Assembly (NCBI GenBank): GCA_964457855.1
Contig: CAYWEO010000001.1
Coordinates: 81,747-145,746, forward strand
Source: an uncultured Opitutales bacterium
GTDB lineage: Bacteria; Verrucomicrobiota; Verrucomicrobiia; Opitutales; CAYWEO01
Direction: 5' to 3'
DNA length: 64,000 bases
The translations under genes were made by a program, and so were the position numbers. Each line of letters opens with the position of its first letter. The first letter of the stretch is position 1. Positions 47,501-56,800 of this stretch are shown piece after piece. The notes beneath the pieces are model-generated. The model did no database searches. It was not told where the DNA came from and was given only the letters and a program-made list of their open reading frames with translations.

Positions 47501-48238
47501 ATGGTTTTAGACAACAATGCCCTTTTAATGTACGACCGAGCACTGTGCGCGGATGCTGGCCTAGTCGGTGTTGATGAAGCCGGCAGGGGGGCTCTGGCGG
47601 GACCGGTTGTTGCTGCTGCTGCTTGGGTAAAACAAGATTTTTACGACAAAGAACCCGAGGAATGCAAAAAAGTGCGCGATTCCAAAACCCTTCCCGCGCT
47701 TACCCGCGAAAAATTGTTCAATCAGTTTGTTTCCTGGGAGCAAGAAGGGCTTATTGCCTTTAGTTGGGCCCAGGCAAGCGTCGTCGAGATAGACGTCTGT
47801 AACATCTTAGGCGCCACACACTTAGCAATGAGGCGGGCTCTAGACGTTCTTGCTAGCAAACTCCCCAAATCCCTCTGCCTCGAACCCCAAATCAATGCCG
47901 ATCTTGACGACAACGACGCTGCAGAATGGCTCGGAACCCGTACCCCCCTCCGCATTCTCGTCGATGGACCTCCCGTCAAACCCTTTGACTACAAACACGA
48001 AGGCGTTATTTCCGGCGACAAAAAAAGCTTCGCTATCGCCCTGGCCTCGATCGTCGCCAAAGTCTCCCGCGACTGCCTCATGCTCGAACTCGACTCCCTC
48101 TACCCCGCCTACGGATTTGCCAAACACAAAGGCTACGGGACCCCCGAACACTCCGCCGCCATCCTCAAGCACGGCCAAACGGACGAACATAGGTCCCTAT
48201 TTTTGACGAAACTTTTCTCAAGGAGAGGGAAAGAGTAG
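47501..48238 (+). CDS. rnhB: ribonuclease HII
   Basis: VGVDEAGRGALAGPVVAAA and the ...DSKTLP... motifs. Confidence 0.9.
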   Translation: MVLDNNALLMYDRALCADAGLVGVDEAGRGALAGPVVAAAAWVKQDFYDKEPEECKKVRDSKTLPALTREKLFNQFVSWEQEGLIAFSWAQASVVEIDVCNILGATHLAMRRALDVLASKLPKSLCLEPQINADLDDNDAAEWLGTRTPLRILVDGPPVKPFDYKHEGVISGDKKSFAIALASIVAKVSRDCLMLELDSLYPAYGFAKHKGYGTPEHSAAILKHGQTDEHRSLFLTKLFSRRGKE

Positions 48239-48245
48239 GTTTTTT

Positions 48246-48411
48246 CCGGAGGGGGTGTTTTTTGCAAAAAGCACCCCCTCCGGACCTCCCCCTTAAAAAC
48301 TCTCGTTCGGAAGGCATTTTTTGGCACTTCGTGCCTAAAAAATGCCTTCCGATGCCGCTTTTCTTTTGAAGGTTCGGAAACGTTTTCTGTTCTGGAACAG
48401 AAAAGTTTCCG
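48246..48411 (-). repeat. F1 triple-hairpin mosaic repeat, full copy (C-B-A)
   Basis: C 48246-48283. B 48308-48351 (apical stem GGCAC/GTGCC). A 48375-48411. C starts 7 nt after the rnhB stop. Confidence 0.9.
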
Positions 48412-48433
48412 AGTCTCACCAACCAAAAACAAT

Positions 48434-49681
48434 ATGCATAAAATCAAAAATTCCCTTGGGGCGATGGTGGGGACGGCATTGGAGTTGTATGACAAGTCGT
48501 TATATGGTTTTTTAGCGCCGACGTTGGTGGGGGTATTTTTGCCGTCGATCGAGAGGGTTGACGCGTTAATTTTGGCATTTGGGATGTATCCGTTGTCGTT
48601 GTTAGCGACGCCGTGGGGGGCCTTGTTTTTCGGGAGAATTGGGGACAAGTTTGGTCGAAAGAAGGCATTGAGTTTGTCGATATTGGGGATGGCCTTTGCG
48701 ACGGGGGTCGTTGGGTTATTACCGACGTACGCGTCGATAGGTTGGTTAGCGCCGATAAGTTTCGTTTTATTGAGGCTGTTGCAGTGTTTTTTTGCGGCTG
48801 GCGAATATAATGGTGGGGCGATTTTCGCGTTAGAACATGTGAGAAAATCTAACAGGGGGATCGCGAGTGGGTGGTACTGTTTTTTTGCGGTTTTAGGGAT
48901 TTGTGCGGCGTCGTTGGTCGTGGCGATTTTGGCGTATTTTTCGATCGAGCGTTATTGGAGAATCGCGTATCTTTTGGCATTTTTAACGGCGGTTGTGGGC
49001 TTTTTTTTAAGACGAAACGCAAGCGAAACGCCGGAGTTTTTGGAAGCAGCTTCCCCAAAGTCTGGCGGAATCCAAACGGCCGTTATGAGCAAAAAAATCT
49101 TGATTATAAACGGTTTGTGCATGATCGGAGGGGCGGGGTTTTTTAGTGCGTTGTATACAACTGGGGCCTTATTTCTGACGGCCTACGTCCCGATTGTATC
49201 GTCCATAAGCAGTCCTGAGATGTTGGAAATCAACACGATCGGGATGTGGGTTTACGTTGTGATGCTTGTGCTTGGAGGATGGTTAGCGGATCGGTTTGGG
49301 ATGCAACAATCGATGAAGTGGGCGGCATTTGTGACAATTTTGGCGAGTTTACCGCTTTTTTGGTACCTGATAACGCCAACTGTGCCGATTGTATACGCAA
49401 TTCGGATCATTTTTGGGCTCCTCTGTGGTTGGTTCGTAGGCCCTTTCCACGCTTGGGCTCAGGGGTTGTTTCCGGTCAACTACCGATACCGCTCCATATC
49501 TCTTTGCTACGCAATTGGTTCACGCTTTTTAGCCAATTTAATGCCCTCCCTATCATTTATTTTATGGAAGCAGACGCATATTGTTTGGTTGCCGGGCATT
49601 TTGTTGGTGGTTTGGGGAGTTATCGGGTGGATTTCGATACATTTTTCAAAAGAATATGAAAAAAGCGCAACAAAAACTTGA
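48434..49681 (+). CDS. MFS transporter (metabolite:H+ symporter-like)
   Basis: 12-TM profile. Motifs ELYDKSLYGFLAP and GRIGDKFGRKKAL are typical of the MHS subfamily. Confidence 0.8.
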   Translation: MHKIKNSLGAMVGTALELYDKSLYGFLAPTLVGVFLPSIERVDALILAFGMYPLSLLATPWGALFFGRIGDKFGRKKALSLSILGMAFATGVVGLLPTYASIGWLAPISFVLLRLLQCFFAAGEYNGGAIFALEHVRKSNRGIASGWYCFFAVLGICAASLVVAILAYFSIERYWRIAYLLAFLTAVVGFFLRRNASETPEFLEAASPKSGGIQTAVMSKKILIINGLCMIGGAGFFSALYTTGALFLTAYVPIVSSISSPEMLEINTIGMWVYVVMLVLGGWLADRFGMQQSMKWAAFVTILASLPLFWYLITPTVPIVYAIRIIFGLLCGWFVGPFHAWAQGLFPVNYRYRSISLCYAIGSRFLANLMPSLSFILWKQTHIVWLPGILLVVWGVIGWISIHFSKEYEKSATKT

Positions 49682-49733
49682 CAATTCGGTATATGAGAAG
49701 ACAATTTGATCTTAATTTAAATCAATAAATTAA

Positions 49734-50276
49734 ATGGCAAATATAGCGTCGGCGAAGAAAAGCATCCGTAAAACAATTAAGCAAACTGCTCGCAATCGTT
49801 CAGCTCGTTCTCACCTCAGGACTCTCTACAAGAGAGTGACTGATGGGATTTCAGAGAAGAAAGAGGACATCAAGCAAGTGGTTATCGATTACATTTCTGC
49901 GTTAGACAAGGCCGCAAAGCGTGGAATTGTTCATGAAAACAAGGCTCGGCGTCATAAATCAGCGCTATCCCAATACATTTTCCCAGAGACTTGCAAGCTG
50001 AAGCCTACCGTGAACCCGCAACAGTTAGAGATCGCGCGTCCGAAGGCGAAAGCCATTTCTGCGAAGGCCAAAAAGGCAGCTGCTGTCGAAAAGGCGAAGA
50101 AAACGGCTGGAAGTAAAGGAAAGGCGACGGAAGGCAATAAAGTGAGTGAGGAAAAATCTCCGACAAAGGCGAAGCTTGCCAAACCGAAGGCGAAAGTTAC
50201 AAAGACGACAGTTACGGCCGCGGCGCGTGTGAAAAAGGAATCCGTTCCTCACGAAAAGCCAGCAAAGAAGGCATAA
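49734..50276 (+). CDS. rpsT: 30S ribosomal protein S20 with Lys/Ala-rich C-terminal extension
   Basis: The N-terminal ~85 aa form the S20 domain (MANIASAKKSIRKTIKQTARNRSARSHLRT...). The remaining ~95 aa are a K/A/T/E-rich tail. Confidence 0.85.
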   Translation: MANIASAKKSIRKTIKQTARNRSARSHLRTLYKRVTDGISEKKEDIKQVVIDYISALDKAAKRGIVHENKARRHKSALSQYIFPETCKLKPTVNPQQLEIARPKAKAISAKAKKAAAVEKAKKTAGSKGKATEGNKVSEEKSPTKAKLAKPKAKVTKTTVTAAARVKKESVPHEKPAKKA

Positions 50277-50316
50277 GTCGCTGTTACCGAAAGATTTTGA
50301 GATCATCCCATCTCCA

Positions 50317-50350
50317 CCCCCCGGACGCAAGTTCGCGGGGGTTGTTTTTT
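50317..50350 (+). terminator. candidate intrinsic terminator after rpsT
   Basis: CCCCCG-(12-nt loop)-CGGGGG followed by TTGTTTTTT. Confidence 0.45.
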
Positions 50351-50508
50351 GTTCTGTGAAATTGTCGATTACGTGAAGTTGGCGACTATATAAATGTCGT
50401 TGTCGCTCAATGCTTTAGTTGGAGATTTGCGCTTTTGAAGTCTCAATTTACTTGACAACTCACGCTCCATAGGTTTCTTTTAGTGCCCTAATAATCAACT
50501 GATTCTCT

Positions 50509-51414
50509 ATGCATATAAAAACAAAATTCTTAAAATGTATTTCGGCCGTTGCCTTACTTGCAGTGTGCTTGCACGCACCGGCTGCAGACCCAAAGATTAC
50601 GTGGAAATTTGATGATGAGATGAATAAAAAAGGACTCCATGCGTCCATTGAAACTGATCGCTTATTCATGCGCGGTGCGAGCCAGCAGGATTTGAATGAT
50701 TTCATGAATTTGTATCAGGATGGCGACAATTTGAAATTCTTGAATGCGGGGGTCAAGTTGTCGCCAGGTGCGATCCAGCAGAAACTCAAGGTGGCCTGTG
50801 AACGTTGGTTAAACAACGATGTTCGGGGCTTAATTTCTATATTTGTAAAAGAGGGCGAAAAGCTCACTTTCATCGGTGTTTGGGGTTTGCAGCAGGCCTC
50901 TTTTGCCGGAGGAGGCGAGTGGTCTATCCTATTAGACAAAGGCTATTGGAAGAAAGGTTATGGCTCGGAAGTTGCATCAGTTCTAAAGCCATGGGCATTC
51001 GACGTTGTTACAAAAGACTATAAATTTCTCAATAAAAAATTGGATACGGTCTATGCAACGGCTAGCCCAGAAAACGTCGCTTCAGTTCTCTTATTGGAGA
51101 AAATGGGCTTTGGACCGTTTGACACAAAAAGCGAGCCGATTGAAGAAAACAGCGTCTTTTCGAACGATTCCTCCGCCCTTAAAGATTCCTACAATATCCT
51201 CACCAAAGACAAAAACGGCGTAGAGAGAATACGCACGGTTATTGTCAAAGACTGCGGTGGCGTTAAGGTCAAAAAATGGGCCTTCTGCGTAAAAGTGGGG
51301 GATCTTTTGGAGGTAAAAACGGTCTCCAAAGACGTTAAGGAAGTCAAAGACATCAAAGAAGAGGAAATTAACAAGAAAGAAGATAGGCCAATGGGCGGTT
51401 GCAGATGGATTTGA
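50509..51414 (+). CDS. exported GNAT-family N-acetyltransferase (RimJ/L-like)
   Basis: Signal-peptide-like N-terminus (KCISAVALLAVCLHAPAADP). GNAT core with DKGYWKKGYGSEVASV. Confidence 0.65.
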   Translation: MHIKTKFLKCISAVALLAVCLHAPAADPKITWKFDDEMNKKGLHASIETDRLFMRGASQQDLNDFMNLYQDGDNLKFLNAGVKLSPGAIQQKLKVACERWLNNDVRGLISIFVKEGEKLTFIGVWGLQQASFAGGGEWSILLDKGYWKKGYGSEVASVLKPWAFDVVTKDYKFLNKKLDTVYATASPENVASVLLLEKMGFGPFDTKSEPIEENSVFSNDSSALKDSYNILTKDKNGVERIRTVIVKDCGGVKVKKWAFCVKVGDLLEVKTVSKDVKEVKDIKEEEINKKEDRPMGGCRWI

Positions 51415-51626
51415 TGAAGCCGTAACGGATTGGATTAAAGTAAAGATTAGCTCAGACATCTAAGCGGCGACATCAGCAAAAAGGCTCAGGAAGGGGCTTT
51501 TTTCACTTGCTAATGTCGTGATGAGTTTGGATTTAAAAGCGTACGATTTTCTTGAAAGTTTATTGAGAAGAATTCTTGACTCTTTTTCCGAATTACGATG
51601 CATTACTTTCCATCACCCTACGTATC

Positions 51627-52532
51627 ATGTTTACCTTTCGTAAAATTGTCTATTCCAGTTTGTCGTTACTTGCGCTTTGCGCCTCTTTGAGTGCCGCCCC
51701 AAAGGAGTCTCAAGGGATCTTGCTTTGCGGCAATACTTTAAGCGAGTGCCGCATTGATGTCAATAACGCCAAAATACAGGTGAAATGCGTGAAGGGCGTT
51801 CAGCCAAAACTCACTTATCATCCTTGCACTTGCGGTCAGTGTCGGTTCACGGCTCATGTTTCCGGAAACACGTTAGTCGTTAAGCATCAGGCGAAAAAGG
51901 AATCCCCATGTTCCGTAGATTTGGACCTCATTGTGCCGCCTTCCTGCAATTTTGAGATCGAGGCAAAAAGCCAATTGCAGCTGACAACGAGCGGAGATGT
52001 GCTTGGCGACGTGACGATTGCCGCGAATAGGGGCACAATCGCGATCAATACGGAGTGCAAAAATTGTAGGATCGATTCGAATAGATGCTCCTTTGAATGC
52101 ACGCAAAAGATTCAGGGAAATTTGAAAATTGATGGCAATCGCGCTGACATCAAGGTTACGAATGTGGGGGGCAATGTTGACATAGACACGAACAGGGGCT
52201 CGTTTAAATGCACGCAAAAGATTCAAGGGAGCTTAAATATCGATAGCAATAGAACCGACGTTAACGTCGCAGACGTGGGAGGCAATGTCGAACTGGATGC
52301 CAATAAAGGAACGCTGTTATTGACGTATTTAACTATTCCAGCGCAACCTGTTAAGATTGACATCAAGGTGAACGAAGCTGCGATTACACTCTCGCTCCCT
52401 AAAAATGCGCATGTGCTGACAGACATTAAGGTGGATGAAGCAACGATCCAGGACCATTCGGAGGCGACCGGACCCGTTCATTTTAGCATCAAAGCGTCAT
52501 TGAAAGCCGGCAATCTCTCCATCAATCATTAA
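51627..52532 (+). CDS. exported repeat protein (DUF4097/beta-helix-like)
   Basis: Start set at ATG 51627 (MFTFRKIVYSSLSLLALCASLSAAP). Contains an internal 37-aa tandem repeat CTQKIQG.L.ID.NR.D..V..VGGNV..D.N(R/K)G. Confidence 0.5.
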   Translation: MFTFRKIVYSSLSLLALCASLSAAPKESQGILLCGNTLSECRIDVNNAKIQVKCVKGVQPKLTYHPCTCGQCRFTAHVSGNTLVVKHQAKKESPCSVDLDLIVPPSCNFEIEAKSQLQLTTSGDVLGDVTIAANRGTIAINTECKNCRIDSNRCSFECTQKIQGNLKIDGNRADIKVTNVGGNVDIDTNRGSFKCTQKIQGSLNIDSNRTDVNVADVGGNVELDANKGTLLLTYLTIPAQPVKIDIKVNEAAITLSLPKNAHVLTDIKVDEATIQDHSEATGPVHFSIKASLKAGNLSINH

Positions 52533-52632
52533 TATCAATTCCTGCGACCGATTTTTGTTGCAAGGTGTTTTGCTTATTTGCTTTAGTTGTTAGCGGTTTT
52601 GGAAATCAAAATTAACCAACGGGAGAATTTTT

Positions 52633-53700
52633 ATGGCTCAAGAAAAAGTGAAAAAAGAGGACGCATCATCGGCGGCGAATACGCTTGATTTTGCGATGGC
52701 GTCGATTAATAAAGAATACGGCGAAGGTACCGTCATGCGCATGGGAAACGCCACAAAGATGAACGTTGCGGTTGTGTCGAGCGGATCTGTGGCGATTGAT
52801 TTGGCTCTCGGAGGTGGTTTCCCGAGGGGTCGCATCATTGAAATTTTTGGGCCAGAATCGTCTGGGAAAACGACGCTTTGCTTGAGCGTGATTGCGGAAA
52901 TTCAGCGGAATGGCGGGAAGGCGGCGTTTATCGACGTTGAGCATGCATTGGATCCGCGCTATACGAAGATTGTAGGCGTCAATCTTGACGATCTGATCAT
53001 TTCGCAGCCGGAGTGCGGGGAAGATGCTTTGAATGTTGCTGAGGCGTTGATTCGTTCGGGCGGCATCGAAGTCATTGTTGTGGACTCGGTTGCAGCGCTA
53101 GTCTCAAAGGCGGAACTGAATGGGCAAATCGGCGACACCAATATCGGTTTGCAGGCGCGCATGATGAGTCAGGCGATGCGTCGGTTGGCGTCGGTGGTGA
53201 GTCGTTCGCAATGCCTGTGTATTTTTACGAACCAAATTCGCGAAAAAATCGGCGTCATGTTCGGCAATCCCGAAGTCACTCCTGGCGGACGCGCGTTGAA
53301 ATTCTTCGCATCTGCACGGCTTGACGTCCGTCGTATTGGCCAAATCAAAGACCCTACTGGACGTGTTGTTGGCAATCGCACGCGTCTAAAAATCGTCAAA
53401 AACAAAATCGCTCCTCCCTTTACGGAATGCGAGTTCGACATCATGTACACTGAGGGAATTTCGCAGACGGGATCCGTTTTGGACATCGGAATCGAGCAAA
53501 AAATCCTCGAGAAAAAGGGTGCTTGGATCGCTTACAAAGGGAATTTACTCGGGCAAGGTCGGGAGGCAGCAAAAGCATTCCTAATGGCCAATCCCGCAAC
53601 GCTGAAAGAACTCATTCAGGAGATTAAGCAGAAAGTACAAGTCTCTGGTGGAACGATGCTTGCGGAAAGCGGTGACATTTCAGAAGAGGCGAACGGGTAA
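52633..53700 (+). CDS. recA: recombinase RecA
   Basis: Full-length RecA (GPESSGKTTL, L1/L2 loop regions). Confidence 0.97.
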   Translation: MAQEKVKKEDASSAANTLDFAMASINKEYGEGTVMRMGNATKMNVAVVSSGSVAIDLALGGGFPRGRIIEIFGPESSGKTTLCLSVIAEIQRNGGKAAFIDVEHALDPRYTKIVGVNLDDLIISQPECGEDALNVAEALIRSGGIEVIVVDSVAALVSKAELNGQIGDTNIGLQARMMSQAMRRLASVVSRSQCLCIFTNQIREKIGVMFGNPEVTPGGRALKFFASARLDVRRIGQIKDPTGRVVGNRTRLKIVKNKIAPPFTECEFDIMYTEGISQTGSVLDIGIEQKILEKKGAWIAYKGNLLGQGREAAKAFLMANPATLKELIQEIKQKVQVSGGTMLAESGDISEEANG

Positions 53701-53830
53701 AAAAGAGGCCGTTGGGCGGCCGGGGAAACGCCGGTTTTTGGGCTATTGAAACGCGACGGATTAGCGGCTCTATCCTAAAATCGGGTAGTTAATTTTACTT
53801 TTTGATGGGATTGAGCCAAATTTTTATATT

Positions 53831-53908
53831 CGGAAGGCATTTTTCTGGCACATAGTACCAGAAAAATGCCTTCCGATATGCTTTTCTTTGAAAGGTTCGG
53901 AAAAAATC
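53831..53908 (-). repeat. F1 mosaic repeat, partial (B + half of A)
   Basis: B 53831-53875 (apical stem CTGGCAC/GTACCAG). The spacer and left half of A extend to about 53908. Confidence 0.8.
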
Positions 53909-53942
53909 ACGGCGTTTGAGCAGTTTTTGAAAAACCGCCTTT

Positions 53943-54045
53943 GTTTTAAGATGACGGGTAGGCGCGCGAGAATTTTAACCCTCGAGCGTACTAACGTACG
54001 TGAGCGGGGTTGAAATTTGAGCGCAACACCCCCGCCGCTTAAAAC
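53943..54045 (-). repeat. F2 long-hairpin repeat, chimeric a/b copy
   Basis: Termini GTTTTAAG/CTTAAAAC. Apex CGTAC-TAAC-GTACG. The outer arm is F2a-like (GACGGGTAGGCGCGCGAG) and the inner arm is F2b-like (GGGGTTGAAATTT). It overlaps the tsaC stop codon. Confidence 0.8.
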
Positions 54046-55049
54046 AAACGCGGGGTTTCAAAAACTTGCGCGCGCGAGATGCGGTCATTGATGGCCATAC
54101 CAATGCCGGCGTTGGGGGCTTTTTGCATGAAGATGGCGTGGAAGTTTTGCTGATCGAGGGTTTGGAGGAGGTGGAAGAGATTGGAGGCGGCGAGCTCGAA
54201 GGTATCGGAGGGTTCTGCAAGCCAAAAGGTATCGATATGGGGGGCTTTTTGGATCGATTTTGGGCGAAAGTAGTGGACGACGGCTATTTTTTGGTGGGTA
54301 GCGATAGGAATGTCGTAGGCATCGGCGATGTTGGGGAGGAGCTTGAACGTTGTGGAGGGGCTGTAATGTTTTTTCATGAGGCCTGGCGCGATGTAACCAT
54401 ATTCAGGGGAACTACTTACGTGTCGATGGATAGTGTGACCCAGGATGGCTTCGATGGCTTCTTGTGTGATGGGACCTGGGCGAAGGATGGTGATGGGAGC
54501 GTTTTGACGCACATCGACGATTGTGGATTCAAGTCCAAAGGCACAAGGGCCTCCGTCAACGATAACACTAACGCGTTCCCCCAGAGAGACTTGCACGTGT
54601 TCTGCGCGTGTGGGGCTGATGTAGCCAAAGGGGTTCGCGCTTGGGGCGGCAATGGGTTCACCGAAGGCTGCCAAAATTTCGCGAAAAATGGGATGTTTTG
54701 GGCAACGGATCGCAACACTGGGCTTTCCCGCCGTAACGATGTCCGGGACAACGCCGATTGTTTTGTCCATCACGAGCGTGAGGGGACCCGGCCAGAAGGC
54801 ATCGATGAGGATAGACGCACTTTCGGAAATGCTAGTGACAAGGGGTTCAATCCAGCCAACATCCAAAACGTGGACGATGAGGGGGTCAATCAACGGACGT
54901 CCTTTAACCGCAAAGATTTTTCTGACGGCTTCTTCCCTCAGGGCGCCACCAGCCAATCCGTAAACAGTTTCCGTCGGCAACGCAACAACATCGCCACGCT
55001 TCAAGGCTCCAACGGCCAATGCAATGCCTTCTTGAGGTGGGAGAATCAT
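54039..55049 (-). CDS. tsaC: L-threonylcarbamoyladenylate synthase (Sua5/TsaC, two-domain form)
   Basis: YrdC-domain motifs (VALPTETVYGLAG, KGRPLIDPLIVHV) plus the Sua5 C-terminal domain. Confidence 0.85.
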   Translation of the reverse strand: MILPPQEGIALAVGALKRGDVVALPTETVYGLAGGALREEAVRKIFAVKGRPLIDPLIVHVLDVGWIEPLVTSISESASILIDAFWPGPLTLVMDKTIGVVPDIVTAGKPSVAIRCPKHPIFREILAAFGEPIAAPSANPFGYISPTRAEHVQVSLGERVSVIVDGGPCAFGLESTIVDVRQNAPITILRPGPITQEAIEAILGHTIHRHVSSSPEYGYIAPGLMKKHYSPSTTFKLLPNIADAYDIPIATHQKIAVVHYFRPKSIQKAPHIDTFWLAEPSDTFELAASNLFHLLQTLDQQNFHAIFMQKAPNAGIGMAINDRISRAQVFETPRLF

Positions 55050-55080
55050 GGGGAGGGTGGAGGAAGGAGGAGGAATTATT

Positions 55081-55249
55081 CGGAAACTTTTCTGTTCCAG
55101 AACAGAAAACGTTTCCGAACCTTCAAAAGAAAAGCGGTATCGGAAGGCATTTTTGTGGCACGGAGTGCCAAAAAATGCATTCCGAATAAAAATTTTTAGG
55201 GGGAAGGGTCCGGGAAACCCCCTTTTTTATAAAAAAGGGGGTTTCCCGG
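55081..55249 (+). repeat. F1 triple-hairpin mosaic repeat, full copy (A-B-C)
   Basis: A 55081-55117. B 55141-55184. C 55210-55249 (stem CCGGGAAACCCCC). C ends 4 nt from the lpdA stop. Confidence 0.9.
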
Positions 55250-55253
55250 AAAA

Positions 55254-56651
55254 TCAAATGACATTCATTGTAGAGACGCATTCAGTAATGGCCTCGGCGG
55301 CGGATGGGTGAGCGCGGATGGTGGAGAGGAGGTCATGGAGGGATGCCTTTAGTTGCATGGCGAGGACGCATTCACTGATCATTTCTGACGCGTGGGTACC
55401 GATGATATGGACACCGAGAATGTGTTTGCCGTCGGGGCTTGAGAGGATCTTCACGAAGCCTTCCGTTTCGCTCGTAGCGACCGTTTTCCCGAGGAACGCG
55501 AAGGGAAATTTCCCGGCTTTATAGGGAATATTGCGTGATTGCAGGGCTGCTTCCGTGAGTCCAACGCTGGCAACTTGCGGCTGTGAATAGACACACTGAG
55601 GGAAGATTTCTATGGGATTTGAGGCACCCTTACCGAAGAGAGTTTCGACGACCTGCGCGCTTTGATGCATGGCAACGTGTGCCAACGCCGCCCCGCCGAT
55701 GACATCTCCAACGGCGTAAATACCCTTTTCGCTGGTTTCAAAATTTTCGTCAACGGCAATACAGTTCTTTGCATCCAATTTCACCGAAAGGTCCTTAAAT
55801 AACCCCTGGACGTTGGGTTCGATACCGGTTGCGATAAAAACGCATTCCGTCTGGATGGATTTCTTAGCCAATGCTTCTTGCCATTCGACGTAAACGCCGC
55901 GGTCATTTTTCTCTACTTTTTTGACGTCTGAATCGATATGAATGTCGATACCCTTTTGCCTAAGAATCATTTCCAGCGCAAGGGCGACTTCGTGATCTTC
56001 CCTAGGCAAAATTCTTGGAAGATATTCCAAAAGAGTGACTCTGACGCCAAACGCATGCAAAAGGTACGCAAATTCAACGCCAATCGGTCCTCCGCCGACA
56101 ATCACAATGGATTTTGGTAGAAATTTCTTTTTCAAAAACTCTTGTGTCGTAACGATCGTTTCTCCATCAACGGGAATTCCCGGAGCGACTCGTGCCCGCC
56201 CACCCGTTGCGATCAGGATGTGCTTCCCAATCAGCTCCTTGTTGCTATCGGGATGAGAAACGAGAACGCGGTGACCTTTGACAATCTGTGCGTGTCCCAT
56301 AACCACTTCCACGCCATGTGATTTCATTGCAAATCGTAGGCCGCCACCTAGTTTTCCCAAAATGCCTTGGGTATAGGCGTGCGTTTCCTCGTAGCGGAAC
56401 GTCACTTTGTCAGCATGAACGCCGAATGTGCCCGCGTTTTGAACAGCTTCCAGGCGTTCTGCGCAGTGGATGAGGGTTTTTGTCGGCATACAACCCCAGT
56501 TCAAACATGCCCCCCCAAGTTGATCTTTTTCCACGCAAACGACACGCTTGCCCATCTTTGCCGCCTTTAGGGCAGCCGTGAATCCCCCCGGACCGCTTCC
56601 GACCACAATTAAATCATAAGACTCCATACATTGATTTGTAGCGCATTCCAT
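55254..56651 (-). CDS. lpdA: dihydrolipoyl dehydrogenase
   Basis: GSGPGG FAD motif, redox-active CLNWGC, and the C-terminal dimerisation domain HAHPSAAE. Confidence 0.9.
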   Translation of the reverse strand: MECATNQCMESYDLIVVGSGPGGFTAALKAAKMGKRVVCVEKDQLGGACLNWGCMPTKTLIHCAERLEAVQNAGTFGVHADKVTFRYEETHAYTQGILGKLGGGLRFAMKSHGVEVVMGHAQIVKGHRVLVSHPDSNKELIGKHILIATGGRARVAPGIPVDGETIVTTQEFLKKKFLPKSIVIVGGGPIGVEFAYLLHAFGVRVTLLEYLPRILPREDHEVALALEMILRQKGIDIHIDSDVKKVEKNDRGVYVEWQEALAKKSIQTECVFIATGIEPNVQGLFKDLSVKLDAKNCIAVDENFETSEKGIYAVGDVIGGAALAHVAMHQSAQVVETLFGKGASNPIEIFPQCVYSQPQVASVGLTEAALQSRNIPYKAGKFPFAFLGKTVATSETEGFVKILSSPDGKHILGVHIIGTHASEMISECVLAMQLKASLHDLLSTIRAHPSAAEAITECVSTMNVI

Positions 56652-56731
56652 CGTTGTATGGCAACTGTTTTGTGCAAAAAACGACAGTCATCGGGTCGTT
56701 AAGCGCTTTTTTTATACGATATTTCAAGACA

Positions 56732-56768
56732 CAAAAAAACTGTGCGCAATGCTATCCACTGCGGCACA
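56732..56768 (-). terminator. candidate intrinsic terminator after rpsR
   Basis: On the minus strand: a TGTGCCGCA...TGCGCACA stem with one bulge, followed by a 7-nt T-run. Confidence 0.45.
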
Positions 56769-56800
56769 ATGACTTTATGCTCTCGCAAACGAAAAGGAAT

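Noticed and set aside
54066-55199. Long antisense or alternative-frame ORFs inside housekeeping genes. Examples are 54066-55199 (377 aa, opposite tsaC), 4970-5626 (opposite yebC), 14415-14993 (opposite eno), 18837-19508 and 18878-19432 (opposite kpsF), 23979-24674 and 24112-24738 (over proS), 29337-29960 and 31317-31883 (opposite leuS), 47840-48190 (opposite rnhB), and 33007-33816 and 33972-34709 (opposite island genes).
   Set aside because: The opposite strand carries a protein with clear family motifs in every case. The antisense products are low-complexity (G/E/D/V- or P/S/R-rich), typical of stop-poor frames.
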